A DNA stretch of 59,264 bases, counting the filler, from Squatina squatina (Eukaryota), in NCBI GenBank assembly GCA_031763465.1. It is 3 parts of 3 records of this genome, joined end to end, with 100 filler letters (N's around TTAATTAATTAA, not from the genome) between each part and the next. Parts side by side here need not be neighbours in the genome. Positions count along the whole stretch, not along the records: positions 1 to 29,105 come from JARFOE010000194.1; positions 29,206 to 44,068 come from JARFOE010000100.1; 1 more part is not named here. The stretch is one strand, 5' to 3'. The notes beneath the pieces were generated by a model that saw only the letters and a list, made by a program, of their open reading frames with translations, did not search any database and was not told where the DNA came from. The position numbers and the translations under genes are program-made. Of the stretch, positions 23,223-35,820 are shown piece after piece. Positions within the stretch are counted from its first letter, which is position 1. Each line of letters opens with the position of its first letter.

Positions 23223-23334
23223 ATTCCACTTGCCATCATTCCTGTCAGTCGTATATCAGAAGGGTCTGTTTCAATATCCAGTTCTGGTTCTCCATCATCA
23301 TTCAATTTTAAGTTGTAGATAATTACCAAAGTGC
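23223..23334 (-). CDS. MORC1: MORC1 exon
   Basis: Encodes GTLVIIYNLKLNDDGEPELDIETDPSDI, versus recalled MORC1 GTLLVIYNLKLLLNGEPELDVKTDKEDI and MORC2 [28 protein letters not shown]. Confidence 0.88.
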
Positions 23335-23384
23335 CTGTTAAGAAAATACATTAATAAAAAGAATGAATTTTATTGTGAGCAAAT

Positions 23385-23830
23385 TGTGAGACAAAATGCA
23401 GGAGATGCCACACATGTTGGGGGAGTGGACAGATATGCAGCAAAAGCAGTTCAATGTAGAAAATATGAAGTAGCACTCATTGGGAAAAAGAACAGAATGG
23501 AAATATACCCCAAGCAGTAAATGAAATGGAAGAGCAGGGGATGCTAGGTGTGCAGATACACATATCTTTTAAAGATCAAATTCGATTCGGAGTCATACAT
23601 ACGCAAGGGGCACCGGATAAAAATCAAGGAGGTGATGATGCATCAGTTAGGCTGCAGTCGGTGTAGTTTGCAGTTTTGGGCATCTCATAATAGAAACCAT
23701 ATTGGAATCATGTAAAAAGTTCAATGGAAATTTATTAGGATGAAAACATATAGATATATCAAACTGGAAAAAGTAAGGCTTTATTCACTGGTTAAGGATA
23801 GAATCTAATCAAATTGTTCAAAGTTATGGA
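23385..23830 (+). mobile_element. Old, degraded CR1 LINE fragment
   Basis: Remnants such as gagtggacagatatgcagcaaaagcagttcaatgtagaaaaatatgaagt match the CR1 RT C terminus (W.M.FN..KC.V). Confidence 0.5.
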
Positions 23831-24365
23831 AGTGCTGAAACTTGTTTATTTTACTGTAATGAACAATGAGATTTTCATTTCATAGGGGCTTCAAGAGTGG
23901 TGTGAGTGAATTATGAGGCAATAGAATAATTTTGCTAGGTTCACATCAAATCTTAAGCCATAAACACAAACTCCAAGATTGAACTACTCATTCAGAATTT
24001 AAAAAAACAATGTTTTTAAGAAAAGCACTCTTTGCTGCAAGACTTCACAGGGTATTAGGTTGCTCCTGTGAACTAATGAGAGCTCCCAGTTTGGTTTCAG
24101 ATAGTGAACTTCAAAAGGAGTTCACTGCTTTTNNNNNNNNNNNNNNNNNNNNNNNNNNNNNNNNNNNNNNNNNNNNNNNNNNNNNNNNNNNNNNNNNNNN
24201 NNNNNNNNNNNNNNNNNNNNNNNNNNNNNNNNTTGCATTATCCACCAATTCTGCCAACGCTCCAAAGAGGAATTCATGTGTGGTTCTATAAATTTAAAAA
24301 ACATTGTGTTTTTCTCTTTCTTGGTCAAAAATGTAAATAAATATAAATTGTTCAGTCATACTTAC

Positions 24366-24430
24366 GAGTTTGCATGAAGATAGTCACAGGTAAGCTGAGC
24401 TCTGGATAACTCATGGTACTTGTCTGCCAT
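24366..24430 (-). CDS. MORC1: MORC1 first coding exon (start codon)
   Basis: Encodes MADKYHELSRAQLTCDYLHANS, versus recalled MORC1 MDDRYPALQRAQLRLDFIHANS (same length; MORC2 is one residue longer and reads HTNS); gtaagt donor. An AG acceptor near 24502 implies an upstream UTR exon. Confidence 0.85.
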
Positions 24431-24589
24431 TTTTATCCTCACCTTTCCAAGTTATGGCAACAGCTAAAGTTGTAGTACTCCAAACTCCTACCAGCTCTAT
24501 TCTGTAAACAGATCAGGAACTTGAGGTCAAAAGTAAGCAAAAACGAGATCCAAAATAAGCTTGCAGATTTCTTTCCATTTTAAACCAGA

Positions 24590-25155
24590 GATAAAAGTGC
24601 CAAGTGCACAATCCAATTCAGCCTTCTGCCAAGATCCCCAGCATCTGCCCGTGTCCAGTCAATTGAGTTCACTGAATTGGACATCAAGAAATGGCTGAGT
24701 GTACTGGGCACAGTGAAGGCAATGAGACCTAACAACATCCTGGCTGCAATGAAGAAGANNNNNNNNNNNNNNNNNNNNNNNNNNNNNNNNNNNNNNNNNN
24801 NNNNNNNNNNNNNNNNNNNNNNNNNNNNNNNNNNNNNNNNNNNNNNNNNNNNNNNNNNTGACCTCCAGCACCTAGAAGGACAATGGCAGCAGGCGCATAG
24901 GAGCACCATCACCTGCAAGTTCCTCTCCAAGTTACACACCATCCTGACCTGGAAACATATCGGCGTTCCTTCATCGTCGCTGGGTTAAAATCCTGGAACT
25001 CCCTCCCTAGCAGCACTGTGGGAGTATCTTCACCACAAGGACTGCAGGGGTTCAAGAAGGTGGCTCATCACCACCTTCTCAAGGGCAATTATGGATGGGC
25101 AATAAATGCTGGCCTTGCCTGTGACGCCCACATCCCAGAATGAATAAAAAAAAAG
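24590..25155 (+). mobile_element. LINE fragments with 3' tail (second family)
   Basis: DIKKWLSVLGTVKAMRPNNI text before the gap; after it, tail ..gggcaataaatgctggccttgcc..gacgcccacatcccagaatgaataaaaaa, shared with 27360-27515, 1790-1830 and 58470-58525. Confidence 0.8.
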
Positions 25156-25855
25156 AAAATTGGCAAGAATGAGATACTAATGATTTGTTAACCTTACAGC
25201 CAAAAAGAGTGGCTAATACATTCACCTAGTTTTCAGAATTTAAGAATTAGTTTACAATGGATATCTTTCAGCTTAGGAAATGGCTGGTCACTTCATGGTG
25301 GCAAGGGTGAGATCAGGAACTTACTGTAAGGGAATTGTAGGAATCTGGCAATTCTAAAACACACTATAAATGTTCTGTAAAACAAAGGGCTTATATTAGA
25401 ATTCTATAAAGCTGGAACTAGGGCAAAGGACTTTTATTAGTAGGAGCTTCCAATAATAGCACATAATATTTCAGCTGAGGTCTTTATAGAAGTTGTAAAT
25501 GTCCAGCTTGTTTTAAATGTGTAGCTTGTAGAATGGTGGAATAATTAACATACTCTGGCTCTTGCAAAACTAACAAGAGAGGAAGTCTTGGAAGACAATT
25601 GATATTACAGCCCATCTCTCCAGGCCATGACCCGGACACTAGCAAAAAGGAGAAGTGTGGCACCTAATTGGAGTCCTGTCAATCATCAAACTGATTTACA
25701 ATGGCAGTTATAGTTATCGACACAGGCATGTCCAGCTGAATGACAACTTAGAAAGGATCCATGTGACAGAATTGTTCATCTTGGATTGGCCACAAATGCT
25801 TAAAATCCTTAAGTGCAATTAAATTAGAATAAATAAAAAAAGTGCCTACTAATAA

Positions 25856-26063
25856 AAGACTTGAGTTTATGTAGCACCCTTCATGACCTCAGGATGTTGC
25901 AAAGCGCTTTACAGCCAATGATGTACTTTTGAAGTGCAGTCACTGTTGCAATGCAGGAAACGTGGCAGCCAATTTGTGCATAGCAAGCTCCCACAAACAG
26001 CAATGTGATAATGAGCAGATAATCTGTATTTTTTCAGTGACGTTGATTGAGGGATAAATATTG
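25856..26063 (-). mobile_element. Deu-domain SINE 3' part (SacSINE1-like)
   Basis: Nearly identical to the copy at 20165-20390. Confidence 0.75.
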
Positions 26064-26766
26064 NNNNNNNNNNNNNNNNNNNNNNNNNNNNNNNNNNNNN
26101 NNNNNNNNNNNNNNNNNNNNNNNNNNNNNNNNNNNNNNNNNNNNNNNNNNNNNNNNNNNNNNNTCCAGTTTGTACTGGTCCCACCTCCCCCAGAACCGGT
26201 TCCAATGTCCCAGGAATTTGAATCCCTCCCCCTTGCACCAGTCCTCTACCCTTTCCCACTAGCAGGTAAGAATACAGCTGTGAGTGCTGAGTATTTATCA
26301 CAGTATTTCCCTGAGATTGATTCAGCCCTTCAATTGTTGTTTTCTACCCTTTCCTTCACTACTGAGTTTCAGGAAGCCCAGGAAACCCACAGATGCGCCT
26401 TTACATTTGAAAGTCAGTTGAAATATTGCTCTAATTGAGTGATTAGCATATCTTAATAGGTAACCCGCCTCTCCCAAGAGGGTTGCGTGCAAGCAATCTA
26501 ACAGTTAAAGGCAGACATCGGTGGGTTGGTGTCAACTGCTCGACGCGCTGATATTTTTGCCGTTTTTAACCCCCCACCCGCACCCAAACCTACGCGCTCC
26601 TCCAGGTTAGCATTCCCCCCACTGTCTCTTCAATAAGAGGGGAAGTTTATTGATCATAATATATGTGATATGGAAAATCTAATAGCAGGGATAAACATAA
26701 CGCTGAAATTTCAGAATTTAATTCCCCAAAATGTAACTTTTATTCCAGTAATCAGCAGAAGGTGTT

Positions 26767-26787
26767 TGTGTGTGTGTGTGTGTGTGT
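26767..26787. repeat. (TG)n microsatellite
   Basis: About 10 TG units read directly. Confidence 0.9.
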
Positions 26788-26978
26788 TCAATTATTCAGA
26801 GTGTCCTTAATGTGATTTCTCTAGTAGCACTAAATAAAATAATTAGCTACACCAGCCTCTTCCCTAATTCCTTTTCACTATGAATATAAGTGGGGACACA
26901 ATCAATGTATTTTTATACATGTATTCATACCCAATGAAAATAGATAGTTAGAAATAACTTTAAGTGTAACTAACTTAC

Positions 26979-27250
26979 CGTCTTCCTGCAGTAAGCCCCA
27001 ACCAGTAATGTAGCATTTTCGATTTGCAGGAAACACATGTAATGCTGATGGAAGACACACTGGTTGGATGTATTTATTGTACGTTACAGGTGCTGAAAGT
27101 TCAAGCAAGGCTATATCATAATCCATTGTGGCATTATCGAATTGCTCATGAATTATCAGCCGTTTGATTACTCGCATTTCTACAACAGTTTCTGAAAATG
27201 TTTGGGAATGTACTCCAATGTACGCTTTCCATAACATTCGATCTGAGTAC
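26979..27250 (-). CDS. Matriptase-family (ST14/TMPRSS6/TMPRSS7/TMPRSS9-like) serine protease exon containing the catalytic Asp
   Basis: Encodes (R)YSDRMLWKAYIGVH..DYDIALLELSAPV..IQPVCLPSALHVFP..CYITGWG; canonical splice sites; DIALLEL trypsin motif. Confidence 0.9.
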
Positions 27251-27359
27251 CTGGCATTANNNNNNNNNNNNNNNNNNNNNNNNNNNNNNNNNNNNNNNNN
27301 NNNNNNNNNNNNNNNNNNNNNNNNNNNNNNNNNNNNNNNNNNNNNNNNNNNNNNNNNNN

Positions 27360-27515
27360 CTGGAACTCCCTCCCTAACAGCACTGTGGGATTTCCTTCAT
27401 CACAAGGACTGCAGCAGTTCAAGAAGACGGCTCATCACCACCTTCTCAAGGGCAACTAGGGATGGGCAATAAACGTCAGCGACGCCCACATCCCAGGAAC
27501 GAATAAAAAAAAAGA
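27360..27515 (+). mobile_element. LINE 3' tail (second family)
   Basis: Similar to 24990-25155. Confidence 0.8.
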
Positions 27516-29105
27516 TTTTCCCTGCTTTCCTTCCCCTCAGATATTCTGCTGTAACCACTTAAACCACCTCGAGACTCATCTTTTGTTTCAATACTTATCC
27601 TCTTATTTCCTCCTTTTGCTTTGCACCGTCATCCCTTTTGTCATTTAATCACTCCTACCCTCCACCCTATTACAAACCTTCCCTTTGTTATTTCCCCCCC
27701 TCCCCCCTCCATTTACCCCAGAAATGCTTCCACAACCATTTTGGATTGGTCCTTGACATGTGCAAAGCTCCATATCAGGAGTACAAAATCATAAAATTTA
27801 CACTTCTACATGTAAATAAAGTTCATTGGAAATACAATGGTGTTATGAATATCATTGTGCATTGCCATGGAGTGGAGGCTACAGTGAATTGAACCTTTCT
27901 GCCACACTCCATGGAGGAAGCATAGTGTCAAGACTGAACATTTTACCACTGAGTGACGAAAAATCAGCCAGCTTGTCTCTACCGTGCTACTCTTGTGCAT
28001 CTCTCTGTGGCTGGGTATGTGACTTTGGCTGGCAGCAGGCTGCCAGTTCCCTCTTTTAACTATACCTGTGTTTGATTTCGATGGGGGAAACTGCAATGGG
28101 ACAAAAAAGGCTGCAAGTCCTCATTGGAGGATAACATATTTGCACCAAAAACATTTCTGAACCTTTTCTGAATAAGAATAACTCGGGGTCAATGTCAAAG
28201 CTATTCTCCTTACGCACATTTTAGAAATATAGCGAATGCTTGTTCTTGTTCCAAACTGAAGATTGACCTACATACAAGCAGCAAACAGAATGACCATTGT
28301 GTATTCTGTAACAGGGAAACTCACATGGTGACTGAAAACCCAAATATAGCCTGCTCAGCTAAGGCATTCCTTTCAAGTACAGCTGAGTAATGAAAAACAA
28401 TTATATCTCAGTCCTTTTTGCAGCTGAGTCATACAGTAACGAAGGAAATGGATACTGATTGCAAATGATAACCCCAATAAACCAATCAATTATCTTAAGG
28501 GATTAATTGGTTCTCAACAGCAAATTATCTATGATCTTCCACCAACATTTGGCTCTCCTTATTGAGGGCCAAAATGCAGCAAGCAAACTTCTCTCATTGT
28601 ATGTCTGCCATTTCTTTTATTGATTTGTCACTTTCTTCAAATTCCACAAGAAAGGAAACATATGATGACATTACATACTTAGTGATGAAAGAGAAAATAA
28701 AACATAAAGGAAACATTTACAATTGTTTTATTTTTCAATTTGCTTTGGTGAGTGGCCCGTTAATGCCTTTTGCACCCTGCCGGATTTCAAGCCTTTAGTG
28801 TGGGTAATTGTGAGTGTTTTATGAAGTCTTTGCTCCTGCTCTGTCTTCTAACTTCTGCAGAGTTATAGGGGATGATTTTCACTGAATACTTTAGGCGCTG
28901 ATGAGCCTTCGAGGTGGCCAAGATGGGTTCTTAAGCTGCAATGCCGGTTTAGCCCACATTTAGCGCGAGATGCCATCTTGGTAAAAGAGTTGAAGCCAGC
29001 GCTAGGAACATCCAACCAAAGGCTTGTTAAACAGCTGATTGCCACTTAAACAGCCTGCTAACATTCGTTAAAGAGGTTGTATGGCATTTTTGTGGCTAGC
29101 GCTTC

Positions 29106-29205
29106 NNNNNNNNNNNNNNNNNNNNNNNNNNNNNNNNNNNNNNNNNNNNTTAATTAATTAANNNNNNNNNNNNNNNNNNNNNNNNNNNNNNNNNNNNNNN
29201 NNNNN
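29106..29205. other. Artificial scaffold-joining linker
   Basis: N44-TTAATTAATTAA-N44; the 12-mer puts stop codons in all six frames; gene neighbourhood changes across it. Confidence 0.95.
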
Positions 29206-30074
29206 ACATGGAAGCAATTAAGAACTTTGTGGTTTTTTGGAATTTATTTCTAGAGGTTTATGCACATTTATAATAAGAACTGAAAGAAAGAAACAGATAT
29301 TTTGCCAGGCTCACAACCAACAATGAATCCTGGTACAACTAAAAGGAATGCATGTTTTTAAACAGTGTGCAACACAAAGCAATTTGCACCTCAGGGAATC
29401 ATTGTATTTTGCACTGAATTTTATTGTTTTGAAGAACTTAATTTTCAACCTGCAACTACAATTGCAACACACTATTTAAACTAGTTTTGAACAACCTCCT
29501 TGCAGGCTTTCTCAGATAATCACAATATAATCAAAGTTAGCCTTTTCATAGTGCTTCTGCAACGGTGAAAGATTCTCAATAACTATTCATATTATATAAT
29601 AATTGTGAACTAGTCACTGACCCTAGTTATAGCTCTCCAATATATGCAAGCTGCCCTAAAAGGAGGTTCATACCTTAGTACTATCTGAACCATTTGACAT
29701 GCAATGAAACAAGTTGATATTTAAGATANNNNNNNNNNATCACTTTCAATTTGCTCTTCATTATCCCAAGCATAATATGCAACAACCATAATTCTAGCCC
29801 ATTTCATAAAAGAGCATTTCCTATTTGAGCCACTATTGAGATAAGTGCAAAAAAGCTGATGTGCCTGTCTCCATGTAACTTTTTTTTAAAAAAGTTTGAA
29901 AGTGCCAACAAATCAGTGCTCCACTTAGAGCTGCTGCTTAAATTTACCTAGAAGGCATTTACACACCTACGTGTCATATATGACTGGATCACTTTTATAA
30001 AGTGATCAAGCCCAACATAAAAAGGGTAAGTTCTCCCAAAGTGCCTTTTACTTTTAACTAACTATACTCCAGTT

Positions 30075-30357
30075 TCAGAATACCAATTCCCCTGTAACCT
30101 CATGGCAACTTTTGTACGAATCATCAAATCGGAATCGTTTGGGAACAATGGTCGATTCTTCAGACATATTTTCTTTATCCAAATGTCTGCATACCCCAAA
30201 GGTGAGGAATCGGGTGGGATTCTTCCCTTCTAGAGCCTTCATGCACTGCTCTCCTGACTGTGAAACACATGGCATAATTTCAGGAACAGGATCACTCATC
30301 AACTCTTCTGTTTGCAGCCAAGGATGAAAAAGACATGCTTCAGCATTTGATCGTTCC
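30075..30357 (-). CDS. STK17B: STK17B (DRAK2) last coding exon
   Basis: ERSNAEACLFHPWLQ...DKENMSEESTIVPKRFRFDDS..stop, versus recalled human DKENIPEDSSMVSKRFRFDDS. Confidence 0.92.
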
Positions 30358-31104
30358 CTTCAAAGATAAAAGGAAGAAGTTATAATTTGTTAAGTAACTC
30401 ATCTTTTTTCAATACGGGGAAAGGATAGGTTAGGTTAGGTTAGAATAATTGAAATAGTTTTGCAGTCATATTAAACCAAACTATTATGCATCTGCCAGTG
30501 ACTTACGACAGCTAAAGACCAATTCCATGGCAGTCCAATAAACCAGCACTAATTTATTTGGTAAACTATATAAACAAAGAGCAATAGCAAAATAACATAC
30601 AACAACCCATTAATGCAATCTTTAAACTACTTTAAAAACTGAATACAAAAATCTCAATGAGTCAAGATTGAAGTGCAGAAGACCTAATCTAGTAGTTAAG
30701 GAATTTTTCCTTCTTCAAATTGAGGCATCTGCTAAATACTGCAGGACTGAGCCTAACTCAACAGAAACCATCACAAAAAAAATGTTCCTTTAACAAGTTT
30801 TAAGTCAATGACACCAGGATGCTGTCCATATAATTTTCCTTCCTGTGTCATATAAATTAATCTCCCCAAGCCAAAACCATTGACTCATGGACAAGTACCT
30901 AAATAGGAAATGGACAGCCAAAAGAAAAAGGAACAACCGCCAAAATTTGATCATGATCCAGTTTGCCAGATCTGTTCAATCGAGTGGAGCCCAGGTCATT
31001 GTTGNNNNNNNNNNNNNNNNNNNNNNNNNNNNNNNNNNNNNNNNNNNNNNNNNNNNNNNNNNNNNNNNNNNNNNNNNNNNNNNNNNNNNNNNNNNNNNNN
31101 NNNN

Positions 31105-31215
31105 CTGAGTGAAGAAACTTCTCCTCATCTCAGTCCTAAATGGCCCACCCCTTATTCTGAGACTGTGACCTCTGGTTCTAGACTTCCCAGCCAAGGGAAA
31201 CATCTTCCCAGCAAC
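31105..31215 (-). mobile_element. CR1 LINE fragment
   Basis: MFPLAGKSRTRGHSLRIRGGPFRTEMRRSFFTQ is the CR1 ORF2 C-terminal motif TRGH..FFTQR. Confidence 0.88.
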
Positions 31216-33451
31216 CCCCAGGGTGCTTCCAGAGCCTGGGACCTCCCCCCTAGGAAGCTTTACTGTTGCTAAACCCTAGCAATTCACAAAGTTTCAGCCC
31301 TGTTCTTCCTCCATTGCAGTGCATCAATGGAAAATTACTAAGGATTAAAAAAAAACCATGGAAACCATTTCTGGGAACAGCGAAAGCAGCCTTCATATAA
31401 TCAGCAAAATAATGTAAAGCATGAACTCTGGTTTGTCCTTGGCTAACATTGCAAAATATAATGTAGGTTGCTGCATTCAAGGTGTTGTTTATGCACTTAC
31501 ACCAGCTTATTTAAAAAAAAAATTCAGAGCTCAAAAGTAGCAATTACAAAATTAAATAATTTTTCCGAGTTATACTTCAAATCTTACATGAATACACAAG
31601 TGTCATGCACTACTCCAACCCCAAAGAGCAATGCTTCAATATGGCACTGAAGAGGCAGTTGCAACAGTAATTAAGTGGTTCTGCAATGCAATCAGCTACC
31701 CATTAACACACTTCAAATTTGCCTCCAATACATGTGTCACTGAACAAATTACAATTGAATATTTGATAATCTGCTGGCAAATTATTCTTCCCTCCCTCCC
31801 TTGCCAAAAAAGTCAATTGATGGTCAAAATTTATGGACTGGAAATTTCTATTCCATTACAACATAATGGTAACCACACACGAAACACAAGTTCACTATCC
31901 AGAATAGGATCAGTTTTATTACTTTTACAGTACATATTACATGGTCTGGAATTTGCACTTTCATCTCAATTTCTAATTAACCTTTTCCTCAGACATTGGT
32001 ACGATCATATGTATGAAAGAAAAGACCATTCACCTCATCAACCCCATTAGTGGGACCTGCATAATTGACATATCCAAGGTTCACCCACAAACCCTAGGAT
32101 ATCAGATTAACATAATCTAAATTATTCAACCCTGATCAGTTGCACTCCACAGATGATATACCCCATGGTCTCAAATGGGCTGGATTTGATTCTTTAAGTC
32201 TTTTCAAATTTAAAACTTGATTTGGTCAAGAGTCACAAGGCAAACCTTTTCCCCCTATTATTACTTTTGCTAAAGGGCACCCATCAACTACGCTGAGCAG
32301 ATTTGAGGATATCCAGATGGAACTGCTCCTGAGCCTAAACATATCTGCCATCCACAAGTCTAGGATGTAAAAAGATCGACAGGCAGGATTTCTATGGCCT
32401 TCATGTTTTGCAAGCTCCAGTTCATGCATGTCAGCCTTCAGCAACTGCACAATTTGAAAACCTTTGTCTTCCACAACCAGTGGGTAGCCCAGATATTAAT
32501 TTACTATTTCGCTATTTGCCAACTTCACTTATGTAAAGCAGCAAGAAACCCAGAAAAGATAGTTGAAAAGATTAAGAGCTTGACTGATTACAGTTCCACA
32601 GACAGTGCCGTGCCAATGTGTCTGATTTTTAGTTCTTACATTGAGAAACCTAATAGATGTATAACTTGGGAACTCAACTGCATTGGCTGAGTGGCCACCA
32701 TTGGTAGAACTGATGGATACAACATGCCAATGTACCTTAAGCACATTGGAACCCGTTTAAGTGAATAGGCCATTTACTTTGCCATTCACCTATATGGGCT
32801 ATTGTCCCACTTTCCCATTTCTTCTGCTGCCTTTGCCATTCTGCTCCATTGCTTTTGCTACCCCAGCCATTTTAAATGAGCAGTTATTTTCAACATCACT
32901 ACTGAATGGAAAGCAGTTCATTGAGTTGCAATGTTGAAAACTACTGCACTGATTTAGACCACCACTGGAATGAAATGGTAAAAAAATCAAGGACAGCAGA
33001 AGGATTGGGCATTGGTAGAATATCACAGCTGATTTGTCTGCAGTGATGTTGATGCTGCTTTCAGATATAGCATATAGCTGCAAATTCACAAAATTGCCCA
33101 TCAAATTCCCTTCATCAATATGACACATGCACGCACGCAATTTGTTCTCAGTTCCCTGACAATCTATAATTGGCAAAGGATGCCCAAAATGAGTTGCTTT
33201 CCCTTTCAAGAAAGCACATCATCTTTCCCATGGCAGAGCTTGGAACATAGTTAAAACAGTACTATACTTCCCATCATGATTGGAGACATTTAACATGGTC
33301 CAACACTTGAATCCAAACAAAAATTGAATCAGACATATTTTCCTTCATGATTCATTCATCAATGCTAATTTTTAAATTGAGAAAAGTCAAAATGACAATT
33401 GTTGTTTGGTGACAATCACAGGCTTCATTTTCCCATCAAATGTATACTCAC

Positions 33452-33631
33452 TCAGGTTTTTTGACTAGAAGCTGCTGAATAAATTCAATGGCAGTTTTAG
33501 AAATGCCTTGAAATATTTCTTCTGAATAATCAACATTAACTTGTGAGATATTAAGGAAAGTCTCTTGTTTATCTTCACCCTGAAATGGAGACTCTCCTGT
33601 GAGAAGCATATACACCAACACTCCTATGCTC
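33452..33631 (-). CDS. STK17B: STK17B kinase-domain exon
   Basis: 180-nt exon encoding [53 protein letters not shown] family. Confidence 0.93.
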
Positions 33632-33789
33632 CTGTAAATAACAAAAATGCAGAAAGACAAAGCTGTAGAGTAGAATCTGTAATTGTTTTGCTCTATTTAA
33701 ATGCAAAGAATCCCAGTTATATGCATCAACACAACTATGGAATTGCTTAACAGAGCATGGTGGACAATTGCTGGCACAGCAAGCTCTAT

Positions 33790-33935
33790 AAAATGCCACA
33801 TGTGCACAACTACGAGAATGTCAAGGTGACAAGACAGTACTCTGTCCTAATAACTTTTGTTTCAAATAGCGTGAAGCAAGGATGGGTACCGGATCCTACT
33901 CTATTCACCCTCTTTTACATGGCTGTGCGAGTTGC
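33790..33935 (+). mobile_element. RTE-like LINE reverse transcriptase remnant
   Basis: NSVKQGWVPDPTLFTLF resembles the RTE motif GVKQGCVLAPTLF. Confidence 0.55.
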
Positions 33936-34097
33936 TGCTATTCATGGCTGATGATCTACCTTAACGCCATTTTCTTGCGCTGTCCCCATATCCCTTGATG
34001 CCTTTAATATCTAGAAATCAATCAATCTCTGTTTTGAATGTACTCAAGGACTGAGCCTCCACAGCCCTCTGGGGTAGAGAATTCCAAAGATTCACCA
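33936..34097 (-). mobile_element. CR1 LINE 3' end
   Basis: VNLWNSLPQRAVEAQSLSTFKTEID, the CR1 ORF2 C terminus. Confidence 0.88.
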
Positions 34098-34197
34098 NNN
34101 NNNNNNNNNNNNNNNNNNNNNNNNNNNNNNNNNNNNNNNNNNNNNNNNNNNNNNNNNNNNNNNNNNNNNNNNNNNNNNNNNNNNNNNNNNNNNNNNN

Positions 34198-34355
34198 CCA
34201 CACGTGGATTTGACTTTGCCATTTCAAGTACAGCAATTTCATGTATGATGTCAGCTTTACAATCCAGACCCCGACGTCGCTTCTTCAGAAACTTCGCTGC
34301 ATATTCTTTCTCAGTAGCTTTTTCTATACATTTTTTAACTACAGCAAATTTGCCT
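34198..34355 (-). CDS. STK17B: STK17B kinase N-lobe exon (runs into a gap)
   Basis: Encodes [44 protein letters not shown], with the catalytic Lys and the DRAK basic loop. Confidence 0.93.
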
Positions 34356-35104
34356 CTGCAACAGAGAAAAAGTGTTAACGTAATAGAGTGAACTGTAACC
34401 ACGCAATTTGTTTTATACACTGAGCATTAAAATTTCCTGACTTATAAATCAGTGCTACCTTTGCACTTTTTAAGCTTCATGTGCAACAGATACTCCCAAT
34501 CAATATCAAACTTGCTTTAAACTGGTGTGCAGCACGTGAATCAAACGCAAAATTGTTGAAATATGGATCACATCAGAGGTGCTATGAACATATAAAACCA
34601 TGAAAGATTGCATCTGCACTGGTGTCTCAACAAACTGCATCATAAAGTGGTAGAAAGAGGACTGGCAAATGAACTTCTCAATCTCAGCTGTCAAATGAAA
34701 CTGCCCAACCATCGCAAAATTCTTAGAGGGGTGAGGGAGGTTCACTTCCATAACTAACAGTTCCAGTTCTCTTTCCTCACCTNNNNNNNNNNNNNNNNNN
34801 NNNNNNNNNNNNNNNNNNNNNNNNNNNNNNNNNNNNNNNNNNNNNNNNNNNNNNNNNNNNNNNNNNNNNNNNNNNNNNNNNNAGTTGATGTAAAGCCAAG
34901 AGTAGAGCTACCCAGCCTAGACCCAGCCTTAGTCTAGTGCTGGAGAGTTTGTTATTTAATACACACAGCTGTTTCAGGTTGCTGAGTCATCTCAAGCCAT
35001 TTCCAGCTCCACCCCAGAAACCCACGCACCACGCATAGAAGTAACCCACGACGCCTAACTACAAAAGGACTTGGCCTCTCAACCCAAGGGTCAAATACAT
35101 AAAA

Positions 35105-35585
35105 GACATGATGGGAGTAGTGAGGTCACGAGAGATGGCAAGGTCAAGGGTGTGGCCGTGAATATGGGCAGGGGAATTTATATGGAGGGTGAGATTAAGG
35201 GATAGCAGGGCAGTGAACTCAGAAGAGAGCATGATGAGTTGAGATGGAGGTTGAAATCACCAGGGATGAGAAGTCGCTTGGTGCAGAGGCTGAGGGAGGA
35301 AAGTAGTGAAGATATTGCGGTGAGGAAATTGGCACGGTGTTTGCCATGGTGGGCGGTAGATACCATGGATTTTAGACGACAGGCAAGAGATGCTCAAAGG
35401 AGAAGGTGCCAGAGGAGTTGGGCGACAGACCAAGGTGTGATGTGATGATAAGAGCCACATCACCACCGCGATCGTTTGGGTAGGGTAAGTTGTGGAAGGT
35501 ATAGCCAGGCGGGGATGCTTCATTTAGAAGGAAGGTGTCATCAGCCCTCAGCCAGGTTTCCGTCAAGGCCATGATGCTGATGTAA
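35105..35585 (-). mobile_element. L2-like LINE APE endonuclease fragment (frameshifted)
   Basis: MALTETWL..PPGYTF..RGGDVA, IYRPP and IPGDFNLH motifs spread over several frames. Confidence 0.88.
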
Positions 35586-35739
35586 TCAACAATGGGTATT
35601 TTTAAAAATTATTTCAAGAAAATAGATTTGAAGGTATTGTACCATCTAGTCAATAGGAAATGGTTATCAACAGGCCTTAAACATACTGGCATGCATATCA
35701 TAGTACATAATGCAGCAGCCACTGTTATCTAGTATAAAT

Positions 35740-35820
35740 ATGGAGGTCCCACATAAGAGATTAGTGTGCAAACTTAAAACACATGGTATTGGGGGTTCAG
35801 TATTGATGTGGATAGAGAAT
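35740..35820 (+). mobile_element. CR1 reverse transcriptase fragment
   Basis: VPHKRLVCKLKTHGIGGSVLMWIEN. Confidence 0.8.

Noticed and set aside
29150-29161. Perfect palindrome TTAATTAATTAA (also at 44113-44124)
   Set aside because: Centred in exactly 44+44 Ns both times; an assembly linker, not a biological site.
30426-30443. (TTAGG)-type repeat resembling a telomeric unit
   Set aside because: Only about 3 units and not the vertebrate TTAGGG; a simple intronic repeat.
31631-33209. ORFs of 130-140 aa inside the STK17B intron
   Set aside because: No homology or motifs recognised and no clear exon boundaries; likely chance ORFs.
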